A stretch of DNA of 64,000 nucleotides. Origin: a gamma proteobacterium SCGC AAA168-P09. Lineage in GTDB: Bacteria; Pseudomonadota; Gammaproteobacteria; Magnimaribacterales; D2472. A program made the translations under genes and the position numbers. Shown in pieces: positions 12,128 through 23,486 of this stretch (the first letter of the stretch is position 1; each line of letters starts with the position of its first letter). The notes below the pieces were generated by a model, which saw nothing but the letters and a program-made list of their open reading frames with translations, was not told where the DNA came from and made no database searches. The stretch covers positions 30,004 to 94,003 of the forward strand of contig ARRL01000004.1 of NCBI GenBank assembly GCA_000385055.1, read 5' to 3'.

Positions 12128-13348
12128 ATGACAATTGAAATTAAATCACCAACATTTCCAGAATCAGTTGCTGATGGAACTGTTGCAAATTGGGTAAAAA
12201 AAGAAGGAGATTCAGTAGCTCAAGATGAAATTCTTGCTGAAATAGAAACCGACAAAGTTGTTCTTGAGGTCGTTGCACCTTCTAATGGGGTTCTAACAAA
12301 AATTATTAAAAATGAAGGAGATATTGTTAATAGTGCTGAAGTTATTGGTAAATTTGATGAAACATTAGCAGTCATTAACAAACAAGAGAAAAATTTAAAT
12401 AAGGTTGACCAAGTTGATAAGGTTAATATTTCAACTATTAAAGATAAGGAATCAGAAACTAAAACAGAAGCAAATACAAAAAAATCTGGACCAGCAGCAA
12501 AAAAACTTATCGTTGAAAATAATTTAGATTCATCTTTAATAAAAGCATCTGGAAAAGATCAACGAATCACAAAAGCTGATGTTATAAATCATCTTGAATC
12601 ATCTTTTGAACCAAGTGCTTCAGATTCTTCATCAATCAATTCATCAAATAGACCTGAAAAAAGAGTCCCAATGAGTAGACTAAGAAATACTATTGCCCAA
12701 AGACTCGTTTCAGTTCAACAAGAAACCGCAATGCTAACAACTTTTAATGAGGTTGATATGCTTCCAATAAAAGAATTAAGATCAAAATATGGTCAAGAGT
12801 TCGAAAAGCAGCATGGAGTAAAACTGGGTTTTATGGGATTTTTTGTAGTTGCTGCTGTTCAAGCCTTGAAGAAGTTTCCAGTTGTTAATGCTTCAATTGA
12901 CGGCCCAGATGTTGTTTATCATGGATATCAAGATATTGGTGTAGCAGTATCAACTGAAAGAGGTTTGGTAGTGCCAGTTATAAAAGATGCTGATGCTAAA
13001 TCTTTGCCAGAGCTTGAGAAATCGATTCTTGAGTACTCTGAAAAAGCTAGAGATAGCAAGCTAACAATTGAGGAAATGCAAGGAGGAACTTTTACTATTT
13101 CTAATGGCGGTGTATTTGGTTCTTTGCTATCAACCCCGATACTTAACGCACCTCAAACTGCTATATTGGGAATGCATTCTATTCAAGAAAGACCTGTAGC
13201 CATTAATGGAGAGGTTGTTATTAGGCCTATGATGTATTTAGCTATGAGTTATGATCATAGACTATTAGATGGCAAAGAGGCAGTTAGGTTCCTTGTTTCA
13301 ATTAAGGAACAGTTAGAGTCGCCTGAAAGATTATTATTAAATTTATAA
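12128..13348 (+). CDS. sucB: Dihydrolipoyllysine-residue succinyltransferase (E2o)
   Basis: Lipoyl domain '[11 protein letters not shown]', a linker, and the catalytic 'SYDHRLLDG'. Confidence 0.95.
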   Translation: MTIEIKSPTFPESVADGTVANWVKKEGDSVAQDEILAEIETDKVVLEVVAPSNGVLTKIIKNEGDIVNSAEVIGKFDETLAVINKQEKNLNKVDQVDKVNISTIKDKESETKTEANTKKSGPAAKKLIVENNLDSSLIKASGKDQRITKADVINHLESSFEPSASDSSSINSSNRPEKRVPMSRLRNTIAQRLVSVQQETAMLTTFNEVDMLPIKELRSKYGQEFEKQHGVKLGFMGFFVVAAVQALKKFPVVNASIDGPDVVYHGYQDIGVAVSTERGLVVPVIKDADAKSLPELEKSILEYSEKARDSKLTIEEMQGGTFTISNGGVFGSLLSTPILNAPQTAILGMHSIQERPVAINGEVVIRPMMYLAMSYDHRLLDGKEAVRFLVSIKEQLESPERLLLNL

Positions 13349-13353
13349 ATTAG

Positions 13354-14784
<1,431 letters not shown>

Positions 14785-15945
14785 ATGAATTTACATGAAT
14801 ATCAAGGCAAAGCATTATTTGCAGAATATGGACTGCCAGTATCAAATAGTAAAGTAATTTATGAAGCTGAAGATGCTCATAATGCTTGCAGAGATATAGG
14901 TGGATCAAAATGGGTTGTTAAAGCTCAAGTGCACGCAGGAGGTAGAGGAAAAGCTGGGGGAGTTGAGTTAATAGATTCTCCAGAAGATGCAATTGCATTT
15001 GCTAAAAAATGGCTTGGAAAAAGATTAATAACATATCAAACAGACGCAAATGGACAGCTCGTAAATTCTATTCTTATAGAAGAATGTACCGACATAGCAG
15101 AAGAGTTATATTTAAGCGCTGTTATTGATAGAGATACTCAGAGAGTTGTATTTATTGGCTCTTCTGAGGGAGGAGTAAATATTGAAGAAGTTGCAAAAAA
15201 TACTCCTGAAAAAATTATCTATGAATCTATAGATCCACTATGTGGTGCGCAAAGTTTTCAAGCAAGAAAAATTGCTAAAGTTCTAAAGCTTAACAATGAG
15301 CAAACAAAACAGTTCACTCCAATGCTAAAGAGTTTAATGAAATTATTTATTGAAAAAGATCTTAGCTTATTAGAAATTAACCCTCTTGTGATTACTAGTG
15401 GCGGTTCACTGCACTGCTTAGATGCAAAAATAAATATAGATTCAAATGCAATATATAGACAACCTGAAATTGCTGAAATGTATGATTCATCCCAAGAAGA
15501 TCCAAGAGAATCTGAAGCTGCAAAGAATGATTTGAGCTATGTTTCATTGGATGGAAATATTGGATGTATGGTTAATGGAGCTGGTTTGGCAATGGGAACT
15601 ATGGATACTATTAAATACTTTGGCGGCAATCCTGCAAATTTTCTTGATGTCGGAGGAACTGCAACTCAGGAAAGAGTATCAAGAGCTTTTAAAATTATAT
15701 TAGATGATCCAGAAGTAAAAGTAGTGCTTGTTAATATTTTTGGAGGAATAGTAAGGTGCGATCTTATTGCAGAAGGGGTGTTGGCTGCAATAGAAGAGGT
15801 TGGTGTCAAGATTCCAGTAGTTGTAAGGCTTGAGGGTAATAATGCTGATATAGGCTCTAAGATCTTATCAAAAGCAAACATTAGTATTGAGAGTATTAAT
15901 AACTTAGGCGATGCGGCAAAAAAAGCTGTGGAGTTAGCAAAATGA
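14785..15945 (+). CDS. sucC: Succinate--CoA ligase (ADP-forming) beta subunit
   Basis: 'MNLHEYQGK...' ATP-grasp N-terminus and '[14 protein letters not shown]'. Confidence 0.97.
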   Translation: MNLHEYQGKALFAEYGLPVSNSKVIYEAEDAHNACRDIGGSKWVVKAQVHAGGRGKAGGVELIDSPEDAIAFAKKWLGKRLITYQTDANGQLVNSILIEECTDIAEELYLSAVIDRDTQRVVFIGSSEGGVNIEEVAKNTPEKIIYESIDPLCGAQSFQARKIAKVLKLNNEQTKQFTPMLKSLMKLFIEKDLSLLEINPLVITSGGSLHCLDAKINIDSNAIYRQPEIAEMYDSSQEDPRESEAAKNDLSYVSLDGNIGCMVNGAGLAMGTMDTIKYFGGNPANFLDVGGTATQERVSRAFKIILDDPEVKVVLVNIFGGIVRCDLIAEGVLAAIEEVGVKIPVVVRLEGNNADIGSKILSKANISIESINNLGDAAKKAVELAK

Positions 15946-16820
15946 GTATTTTAGTTAATAAAGATACAAGAGTAATTGTTCAAGGATTTACTGGTTCTCA
16001 GGCTACACTTCACTCCGAACAATCCATTGAGTATGGAACAAACATAGTAGGCGGCATAACACCAGGTAAAGGTGGACAAACTCATTTAAATAGACCTGTA
16101 TTTGATACAATGGAAGAAGCTGTTAATGCTGTTCAACCAAATGCATCATTAATTTTTGTTCCTGCGCCATTTTGTAAAGACTCTATACTTGAAGCTGCTG
16201 AGTCAGGTATTGAATTAATAGTATGCATTACAGAGGGTGTCCCAACTTTAGACATGTTGGATGTTAAAAAGAGAGTTGATGAGCTTGGTTTAACATTAAT
16301 TGGACCAAACTGCCCAGGCTTAATAACGCCTGGAGAAGCAAAACTTGGTATCATGCCTGCAAGCATTCACATGCCTGGCTCTATAGGTATTATCTCAAGA
16401 TCTGGTACTTTAACTTATGAAGCTGTAAAACAAACAACAGATCTAGGTCTTGGTCAAAGTAGCTGTGTTGGAATAGGAGGAGACCCGATTCCAGGATCTT
16501 CTTTTGTTGATATTCTTAAGTTATTTGAACAGGATGATCAAACAGAAGCTATTGTTATGGTTGGAGAAATTGGAGGCAATGCTGAAGAAGATGCTGCTGA
16601 ATTCATAAAAGACCATGTTTCCAAACCAGTGATTTCATACATAGCAGGTCAAACTGCTCCCGTTGGTAAAAGAATGGGTCATGCAGGAGCTATTATAGCT
16701 GGTGGAAAAGGAACAGCAGCAGACAAAATTACTAAATTAAAAGAATGTGGTATACACATTGCAGACAATTTAGTTGAAATTGGCGCAAAGGCAAAAGAAG
16801 TTTTAGATAGAAAATCTTAA
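15942..16820 (+). CDS. sucD: Succinate--CoA ligase (ADP-forming) alpha subunit
   Basis: 'QGFTGSQ', 'SRSGTLTYE' and the phospho-His loop 'MGHAGAII'. It overlaps the sucC stop by 4 nt. Confidence 0.97.
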   Translation: MSILVNKDTRVIVQGFTGSQATLHSEQSIEYGTNIVGGITPGKGGQTHLNRPVFDTMEEAVNAVQPNASLIFVPAPFCKDSILEAAESGIELIVCITEGVPTLDMLDVKKRVDELGLTLIGPNCPGLITPGEAKLGIMPASIHMPGSIGIISRSGTLTYEAVKQTTDLGLGQSSCVGIGGDPIPGSSFVDILKLFEQDDQTEAIVMVGEIGGNAEEDAAEFIKDHVSKPVISYIAGQTAPVGKRMGHAGAIIAGGKGTAADKITKLKECGIHIADNLVEIGAKAKEVLDRKS

Positions 16821-18164
16821 AGATTTTCTTGTAACCCATCTTAATCTTAAAATTGATAGAATCGAAAATATACTCAAGCCTATAATCATACCTATCCACA
16901 TACCTGAAGCTCCATAGGGATTTCCAAAGCCAAAGTTAGTTAGGTAATAACCAACAGGTAAAGCAAAAATCCAATAGGATATAAATAATAATATCATTGG
17001 TACGAAGGTGTCCTTGTATCCTCGCAGACTCCCCAGAGCACCCATTTGAATCCCGTCAGGCAGCTGAAAAAAGGCTGCAAATATAAGCAAGCCAACAGTT
17101 AGATTAAAGACAACAATATCGGTAGTATAAATACTTACGATAAATTCTCTAAAAACTAAAATTACAGCAATATTTACTAAAGCTGCAATTATGCATAAAT
17201 ATATAGTTGAATGAGATGCAGTTTTTGCTTGGATGAGGTTCTCTTCTCCAATTAAATTTCCAACCCTTGTTGCTGCTGCTAATCCTATAGACAAAGGAAT
17301 CATGAAAAATAAACTCGCTATATTAATGGCTATATAATGACTTGCAACAATAGACTCGCCTAAAACTGCAAGGATTATACCTGCCCCAGAGAACATACTT
17401 AATTCAATAAATATACCTAATCCAATTGGAACTCCAAGTTTTACGGCCTCCTTAGTAGTGCTCGAGGATGGCCAAGAAAACTTAGAAAAAGGTTGCGTTT
17501 TTTTATAATTTTTACTTATCGCAATATAAAAAAACATTGCCACCATCATAATAAATGAAACTATAGTTGTAGCAATGCCGCATCCAACTCCCCCAAGCTT
17601 TGGAGCTCCAAACCAGCCATAGACAAACATTAAATCCAATGGAATGTTTAAAATCATCCCACAGAAAGCTATTACAAAAACTGGAACAGTTAGCTTCATA
17701 CCTTCGCTATAACATCTTAGGCATGTAAAAACTGTTAGAAAGGTAAATCCTAAAGCTATTGCTTGTAAATATTTTATTGAAATATCTGTAATACTTTTAT
17801 CAATAGGAAGATTGTTTAAAATAAATCCCATATTCATGAATAAAACAGCGATTAAAATACCTAAAAAAAGCGCAATCCATAAGACTTCTCTTAACTTTTG
17901 GCCAATCTGCTCAAATTTTTTTGCTCCATAAAGCTGCGCAACAATTGGAGTAACGGCAAAAATAACACCAGAGATAAACATAAAAATTGTCATAGATATT
18001 GAATTGCCAACTCCTAGTCCAGCCAGGTCAGCTGGACTTGCTCTTCCAGCAATGATGGTATCTGTTGTTCCCATGAGCATATATGATAATTGGGATCCAA
18101 ATATCGGTACCCCTATCTTAATGAGCTGCTTAAACTCTATAATGTACTTGTTAATCAATGCCAC
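16803..18164 (-). CDS. MATE family multidrug/sodium efflux transporter (NorM-like)
   Basis: 453 aa and about 12 TM segments. The N-terminal '[25 protein letters not shown]' is typical of the MATE family. GTG start (CAC at 18162-18164 on the + strand). Confidence 0.85.
   Translation of the reverse strand: MALINKYIIEFKQLIKIGVPIFGSQLSYMLMGTTDTIIAGRASPADLAGLGVGNSISMTIFMFISGVIFAVTPIVAQLYGAKKFEQIGQKLREVLWIALFLGILIAVLFMNMGFILNNLPIDKSITDISIKYLQAIALGFTFLTVFTCLRCYSEGMKLTVPVFVIAFCGMILNIPLDLMFVYGWFGAPKLGGVGCGIATTIVSFIMMVAMFFYIAISKNYKKTQPFSKFSWPSSSTTKEAVKLGVPIGLGIFIELSMFSGAGIILAVLGESIVASHYIAINIASLFFMIPLSIGLAAATRVGNLIGEENLIQAKTASHSTIYLCIIAALVNIAVILVFREFIVSIYTTDIVVFNLTVGLLIFAAFFQLPDGIQMGALGSLRGYKDTFVPMILLFISYWIFALPVGYYLTNFGFGNPYGASGMWIGMIIGLSIFSILSILRLRWVTRKSLRFSI
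16809..16829. repeat. Perfect 10-bp inverted repeat (AGAAAATCTT a AAGATTTTCT) spanning the overlapping 3' ends of convergent sucD and the MATE gene
   Basis: Read directly from the sequence. The sucD stop TAA is at 16818-16820 and the MATE stop (TTA on the + strand) is at 16803-16805. Confidence 0.9.
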
Positions 18165-18224
18165 TTTTAGAAATAATTTTTTTGGCTACTTTATCATATT
18201 AAAATAACTTAAAAGGAGATTAAT

Positions 18225-18944
18225 ATCAGAAAAGATAATAGACCATATTGGTTAAAAAAAATAACTACAAAAGCTATAAAAATATATGTAAGACATTTTA
18301 TAAAACCACAGTTTAAGTATCTTGGCAAAGGTGGAGCATATTTTAAACCTAGATACATCAAAGTTTTTGGAGGCAATATTTCTATTGATGATTACCCAAC
18401 TTTAATAGGGTCAAGAGATGCTAATATTCAGTTTACTTCATGGGATATTGGAGACCATCAAGGTGAAATTAAAATTGGTAAATATTGCCTTATAACACCT
18501 GGCGTAAGAATAATGTCAGCTGAAAGTATAATCATGGGAGATGCTTGTATGATTGCTCATGGAGCATATATCTCTGATGCTGATTGGCATGGAATTTATG
18601 ATAGAGCAAAGCCTGTAGGAAGAACAAAACCTGTAGTATTTGAGGATAATGTTTGGATTGGTGATAGCGCTATCATCTGCAAAGGAGTCAGAATTGGTAA
18701 GAATAGTATTATTGGTGCTGGAGCTGTTGTAACAAAGGATGTCCCCCCTAACTCTGTCTTTGCAGGCAATCCTGCAATATTAGTTAAAAATTTAGAAAAA
18801 AAAGATTTTAATACAAGAGCAGACTTTCTAGCAGACCCCATTCAATTAGCAAAAGATTTTGATGCTTTAGACAAATATTCTCTTGAAAACAATACTCTTC
18901 TTGGATGGTTAAGAAGCCTTATCATGCCTGATAAATTAAATTAG
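18225..18944 (+). CDS. Hexapeptide-repeat (LbH) acyl/acetyltransferase; start codon uncertain, probably non-canonical
   Basis: LbH repeats 'IGDSAIICKGVRIGKNSIIGAGAVVTKDVPPNSVFAGNPA'. The ORF track starts at ATG 18513, but the same frame is open back to 18213 and encodes family-like sequence ('GEIKIGKYCLITPGVRI'). AAGGAG lies at 18213-18218. See findings. Confidence 0.75.
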   Translation: MRKDNRPYWLKKITTKAIKIYVRHFIKPQFKYLGKGGAYFKPRYIKVFGGNISIDDYPTLIGSRDANIQFTSWDIGDHQGEIKIGKYCLITPGVRIMSAESIIMGDACMIAHGAYISDADWHGIYDRAKPVGRTKPVVFEDNVWIGDSAIICKGVRIGKNSIIGAGAVVTKDVPPNSVFAGNPAILVKNLEKKDFNTRADFLADPIQLAKDFDALDKYSLENNTLLGWLRSLIMPDKLN

Positions 18945-18947
18945 TTA

Positions 18948-20000
18948 ATGAAAGTTATTGTTGATAAGGGTATTAAATCAATACAAGAAATCATTTCTCT
19001 TTTATATGGCTTTGATGCTATTGAATTAATATTTTTTAACTCTTCTGAGATTAAAAACTCAAATATAAAAGATGCTGATGTATTGCTAGTTAGATCTACT
19101 GTTAAAGTTAATGAGTTATTGTTAGATGATACGAATATAAAATTAATTGGATCAGCGACAGCTGGAATCGATCATATGGACGTTGATTATCTAAAGAAGA
19201 ATCATATCAAATGGTTTTATGCACCGGGTTGTAATGCTTTATCAGTTGTAAACTATGTTATGTCTTCAATATGTTTCTTGAGAGAAGAAGGTATGTTTGA
19301 TTTAACCTCTTCTGTTGGAATTATAGGCTATGGAAATATAGGGAAGAATCTAAAAAAAGCTTTAGATTACTTTTCCATAGAAAATTTTATTTATGACCCT
19401 TTCTTGAATTTTGATTTTCTTGTTGATATAGATCAAATAAAAAACTGTAACTTGATAACATTGCATGTTCCTTTGACATATAAAACAAAATTTCCTACAA
19501 GGAATATAATAGATGAAGTTTTTTTATCTGATATGCAAGGTAAAACAATAATAAATACCTCCAGAGGAGGGGTTGTAGATGAATCTAAACTAATAAACTT
19601 ACAGAATACAAATTATATTAGTGATGTATGGATAGGTGAGCCATGCCCATCGAATGAAATTATCAATTTTGCATTATTAGCAACTCCACATATAGCAGGC
19701 CATAGCATAGATGGCAAAATTAATGGGACAATCATGTTAATGGAGTCTCTACAAAATTGTATAGATATTAATACTGATCAAAAAAAATTAAATCTTCATG
19801 TAATGAAAAATTTTATTTCATCAAATGATATTGGTGATGAAGACGAATTCTTTATTGATAATTACAACAAGGAATACGATATAAAATTAGAGTCAGATAT
19901 TTTCAAAAAAAAATACATCAATTCTAATATAGCTAATAAAAAAAATATTTTTAATGAAGTTAGATCCAGTCATTTAGCAAGAAAAGATTTCAAAATATAG
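18948..20000 (+). CDS. pdxB: Erythronate-4-phosphate dehydrogenase-like D-2-hydroxyacid dehydrogenase
   Basis: PdxB-type N-terminus 'DADVLLVRSTVKVNELLL...IGSATAGIDHMD...YAPGCNALSVVNYV', NAD fold 'GIIGYGNIGK' and catalytic 'TPHIAGHS'. Confidence 0.8.
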   Translation: MKVIVDKGIKSIQEIISLLYGFDAIELIFFNSSEIKNSNIKDADVLLVRSTVKVNELLLDDTNIKLIGSATAGIDHMDVDYLKKNHIKWFYAPGCNALSVVNYVMSSICFLREEGMFDLTSSVGIIGYGNIGKNLKKALDYFSIENFIYDPFLNFDFLVDIDQIKNCNLITLHVPLTYKTKFPTRNIIDEVFLSDMQGKTIINTSRGGVVDESKLINLQNTNYISDVWIGEPCPSNEIINFALLATPHIAGHSIDGKINGTIMLMESLQNCIDINTDQKKLNLHVMKNFISSNDIGDEDEFFIDNYNKEYDIKLESDIFKKKYINSNIANKKNIFNEVRSSHLARKDFKI

Positions 20001-20123
20001 AATACTCCTTGTATTTATTATTTATATCAAATTAAGAAATAAACAATAGATATAAATCTTATACTTTTTTTGGCATATAAATTGCATTTCTAATTATATA
20101 TGTCTAATTTATAGAGAGTTAAT

Positions 20124-20528
20124 GTGAATATTGCAAAAATTGATAAAAAATCAGTCTTAAATTCAAAAAAACTAATAAGGAGGGTGCTAAGCGCAACATT
20201 AGATAATCCAAATAATCCAGATTCACTTAATTTCTTTCACGCGGATACATATAGATTTTATTTTTTAATGAGTTTTATGTGGGAATCTTTTGAGAGTAAT
20301 GAAATATCACAGGAATATGCAATATCATTGGTACCTAAAAAATATGCTTCTAGAATTAAACGTCTTCAGGTTTTAAAACAGGCTGTTAGGCTTGGTTATA
20401 TTATTGAAGAGTCATCTAAGGTTGATAAAAGAAGGAGAATGTATTTTCCTTCTAAAACTCTTCTTGATGATTTTATAAAGTATGCAAATGATTCTAATAA
20501 ATTAATAAATTTTAATGAAATTACATAA
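20124..20528 (+). CDS. Hypothetical protein, possible winged-helix (MarR-like) DNA-binding fold
   Basis: 134 aa with a GTG start. The segment 'IKRLQVLKQAVRLGYIIEESSKVDKRRRMYFPS' resembles a recognition helix plus wing. No other recognisable motif. Confidence 0.45.
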   Translation: MNIAKIDKKSVLNSKKLIRRVLSATLDNPNNPDSLNFFHADTYRFYFLMSFMWESFESNEISQEYAISLVPKKYASRIKRLQVLKQAVRLGYIIEESSKVDKRRRMYFPSKTLLDDFIKYANDSNKLINFNEIT

Positions 20529-20589
20529 TTTTTAGCCATTTACATCTGAAGAGCTACCTATATTCATAGTTGTTCTTTACAATTATGTA

Positions 20590-20985
20590 ATGCCTAATAT
20601 AAACAAAACCGATGAACAGTGGAAAGCGGAGTTATCAGATGAAAGTTATTTTGTAACAAGACAATCTGGAACAGAAACGCCTTTTACAGGCAAGTACTGG
20701 GATTTCAATAAAGAGGGGTTTTACAGTTGCATTTGCTGTAATGCAACACTTTTTGAATCAGATACTAAATTTGATGCAGGTTGCGGCTGGCCTAGCTTTT
20801 TTCTTCCTAAAAACAAAGACTCAATTGCTGAAAAATCAGACCTCTCACATGGCATGTCTAGGATAGAGGTTAAATGCAAAGAATGTGATGCTCACTTAGG
20901 TCATGTATTTAATGATGGTCCAAAACCAACTGGATTAAGGTACTGTATTAATTCAGCTTCATTAGATTTTAAAAGCAATGACTGA
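20590..20985 (+). CDS. msrB: Peptide-methionine (R)-S-oxide reductase
   Basis: Zn CxxC pairs 'CICC' and 'CKEC', 'GHVFNDGP' and the catalytic 'RYCINS'. Confidence 0.95.
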   Translation: MPNINKTDEQWKAELSDESYFVTRQSGTETPFTGKYWDFNKEGFYSCICCNATLFESDTKFDAGCGWPSFFLPKNKDSIAEKSDLSHGMSRIEVKCKECDAHLGHVFNDGPKPTGLRYCINSASLDFKSND

Positions 20986-22528
20986 AATAAAGAGAAATAA
21001 AATTTACTCTGCTTTAACTAAAGTTTCTTCTTGGACAGGTCTTTCAAGAATTTTTGGGCTTATAAGAGACATAGCCACAACGAACTTGCTTGGTGCTTCA
21101 GTATTCCATGATATTTTTGTTGTAACACTAAAGATACCTAATTTATTTAGAAGATTTTTTGCTGAAGGTGCCTTCAATCAAGCTTTTATACCCATTTACA
21201 GTGATTATCAAAAGTCTAATGACGAAAAAAATACCCAAGAATTTATAAATGCCCTGGCTGGATCTTTTCTAAGTATTTTGTTTCTTTTTACAATACTTGT
21301 TCTTCTTATAACCCCAGTTTTTATTTTTATTTTTGCTCCGGGTTTTTATTACGAAGAGTCAAAAAGAATACTTGCTATAGATCTACTTAGAATAATGTTT
21401 CCCTACTTGGCATTAATTTCTTTAGTTTCTTTTGCAAGTGGAATTCAAAATACTCATGATAGATTTTCCTTACCTGCATTCACGCCTTTAATTTTTAATA
21501 TCACTTTAATAATTGCAGCAACTTTAATTGCTCCAATGCTTGATATGCCAGTTTATGCATTAGCCTGGGGGGTGCTTATAGCTGGATTTCTTCAGTTATT
21601 AATTCATATATATGCCTTAAAAAATCTTGGTAGACTTCCAAAACCAAATATTAATTTTTCTCATTCAGGACAAATTAGTGTTCTAAAATTAATGTTACCA
21701 GCAATACTTGCTGGAGGCATTATTCAAATAAATTTATTAATCGATACCATTTTTGCATCATTGCTTCAAACAGGCAGCCCAACATGGCTTTATGTTTCAG
21801 ATAGGCTAATCCAGTTTCCGATGGGAATTTTTGCCATTGCAATAGGGACTATACTTTTGCCAACCTTATCGAAAATAGATATAAATACTAATAAAAAATT
21901 ATTTATTGATGAGCTTCAAAAAGGTCAAAGATTTGTTTTGTTTATAGGAATACCTTCTTTGATTGGTTTATATCTATGTTCAATTGATTTAATAAGCACA
22001 ATTTTTTTTAGAGGTGAGTTTTCTATTATTGATGTTCAACAAACATCATTAAGCTTAATGGCTTATTCTGTTGGACTTCCTTTTTTTATGCTTATGAAGG
22101 TTCTTACGCCAGCTTTTTTTTCTAGAAAAGATACTAAAACCCCAATGTATGTAGCTTTATTATCTTTATTTCTCAATGCATTTCTAAACTATCTATTTGC
22201 ATTTAAGTTAGGTTATGGTCATGTTGGTATAGCTGTTGGAAGCAGTATAGCAGCAGCTATAAGTGTTTTAATCTTAGAAATCATCCTAATTAAAGATGGG
22301 TTAATTAAGATGAACAACCCATTTAATAGATTTAATTTATCTATATTAATATCTTCAATATTTGTCTTAATATTTCTAAATCTTTCTTCAGAACTGTACG
22401 ATTTTTATAACCTTAACCAAGTCGAGAAAATTTTTACATTATTTTTTAAAATTGCTATATCTATAGCTATCTATTTTGGAATGTGTAGGCTAATTAGAGG
22501 CAATCCATTAAAAGAAGTTTTAAATTAA
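20978..22528 (+). CDS. murJ: Lipid II flippase MurJ (MviN)
   Basis: 516 aa polytopic protein with '[10 protein letters not shown]', '[17 protein letters not shown]' and '[10 protein letters not shown]'. Confidence 0.9.
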   Translation: MTEIKRNKIYSALTKVSSWTGLSRIFGLIRDIATTNLLGASVFHDIFVVTLKIPNLFRRFFAEGAFNQAFIPIYSDYQKSNDEKNTQEFINALAGSFLSILFLFTILVLLITPVFIFIFAPGFYYEESKRILAIDLLRIMFPYLALISLVSFASGIQNTHDRFSLPAFTPLIFNITLIIAATLIAPMLDMPVYALAWGVLIAGFLQLLIHIYALKNLGRLPKPNINFSHSGQISVLKLMLPAILAGGIIQINLLIDTIFASLLQTGSPTWLYVSDRLIQFPMGIFAIAIGTILLPTLSKIDINTNKKLFIDELQKGQRFVLFIGIPSLIGLYLCSIDLISTIFFRGEFSIIDVQQTSLSLMAYSVGLPFFMLMKVLTPAFFSRKDTKTPMYVALLSLFLNAFLNYLFAFKLGYGHVGIAVGSSIAAAISVLILEIILIKDGLIKMNNPFNRFNLSILISSIFVLIFLNLSSELYDFYNLNQVEKIFTLFFKIAISIAIYFGMCRLIRGNPLKEVLN

Positions 22529-22529
22529 A

Positions 22530-23486
22530 ATGTACTTAATAAGAGGTAAGCATAATTTAGATCTTTTCAGGAAACTGCATCCAGAAGTAAGCATGCATGG
22601 AACAATTGGGAACTTTGATGGTATACATAAAGGACATCAATCTATTTTATCAAAAATAAAAAATAGAGCTAAAGAAACTAATTCAGCATCTATAGTATTT
22701 TTTACAGAACCCCATGCATCAGAATATTTTGCAGTATCAAAAAATACTGATACTGGTGCGCCTCCTAGAATTTACCCATGGAGAAAAAAGTTTGAATTGT
22801 TAAAAGAATTTGGAATCGACTTTGTATTCTTTTTGAAATTCAATAACTCCTTAAGAAAGATGACGCCTGAAATATTCATATCAGATATATTAGATTCCGT
22901 TGGCCTAATGTCTTTAACAGTAGGTGATGATTTTAGGTTTGGAGCAAATAGAGCAGGTGGCTTTGAACTTTTAAAAGAGTGGGGCCACAAAAAAAATATC
23001 GAGGTTACAAATACAGAAACTTATGAATACCTAAATGAGCGTGTAAGCAGCACAAGAATTAGAGAAGCTCTATTAAAGAATAATTTTTCTCTAGCAGAAG
23101 ATCTTCTTGGAAGACCTTATATTTTTTCAGGAAAGGTTGTTCATGGCCAACACCTTGGAAGAACAATTGAGATACCAACTGCAAATATCTGGCTTCCAAA
23201 ACAAAAACTCCCAATTTCTGGAGTATATGCGGTGAGGTGTTTTTTAGGTAAAAAGCCTATTGATGGTATTGCAAATATGGGAGTGAGGCCTACTGTTGGG
23301 GGTTCCCATCCTGTTTTAGAAGTGCATTTATTTAATTTCAATTCGAATATTTATTCAAAAAGATTAGATGTTCAATTTATAAGCAAAATAAGAGATGAAA
23401 AGAAATTTAAAAACTTAGACATGTTAAAATCTCAGATTCAAGATGACATAAAAACTGCAGAATTTTATTTAAGTAAAGCATTATGA
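22530..23486 (+). CDS. ribF: Bifunctional riboflavin kinase / FMN adenylyltransferase
   Basis: 'GNFDGIHKGH', 'SSTRIR', 'PTANI' and 'LEVHLF'. Confidence 0.93.
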   Translation: MYLIRGKHNLDLFRKLHPEVSMHGTIGNFDGIHKGHQSILSKIKNRAKETNSASIVFFTEPHASEYFAVSKNTDTGAPPRIYPWRKKFELLKEFGIDFVFFLKFNNSLRKMTPEIFISDILDSVGLMSLTVGDDFRFGANRAGGFELLKEWGHKKNIEVTNTETYEYLNERVSSTRIREALLKNNFSLAEDLLGRPYIFSGKVVHGQHLGRTIEIPTANIWLPKQKLPISGVYAVRCFLGKKPIDGIANMGVRPTVGGSHPVLEVHLFNFNSNIYSKRLDVQFISKIRDEKKFKNLDMLKSQIQDDIKTAEFYLSKAL

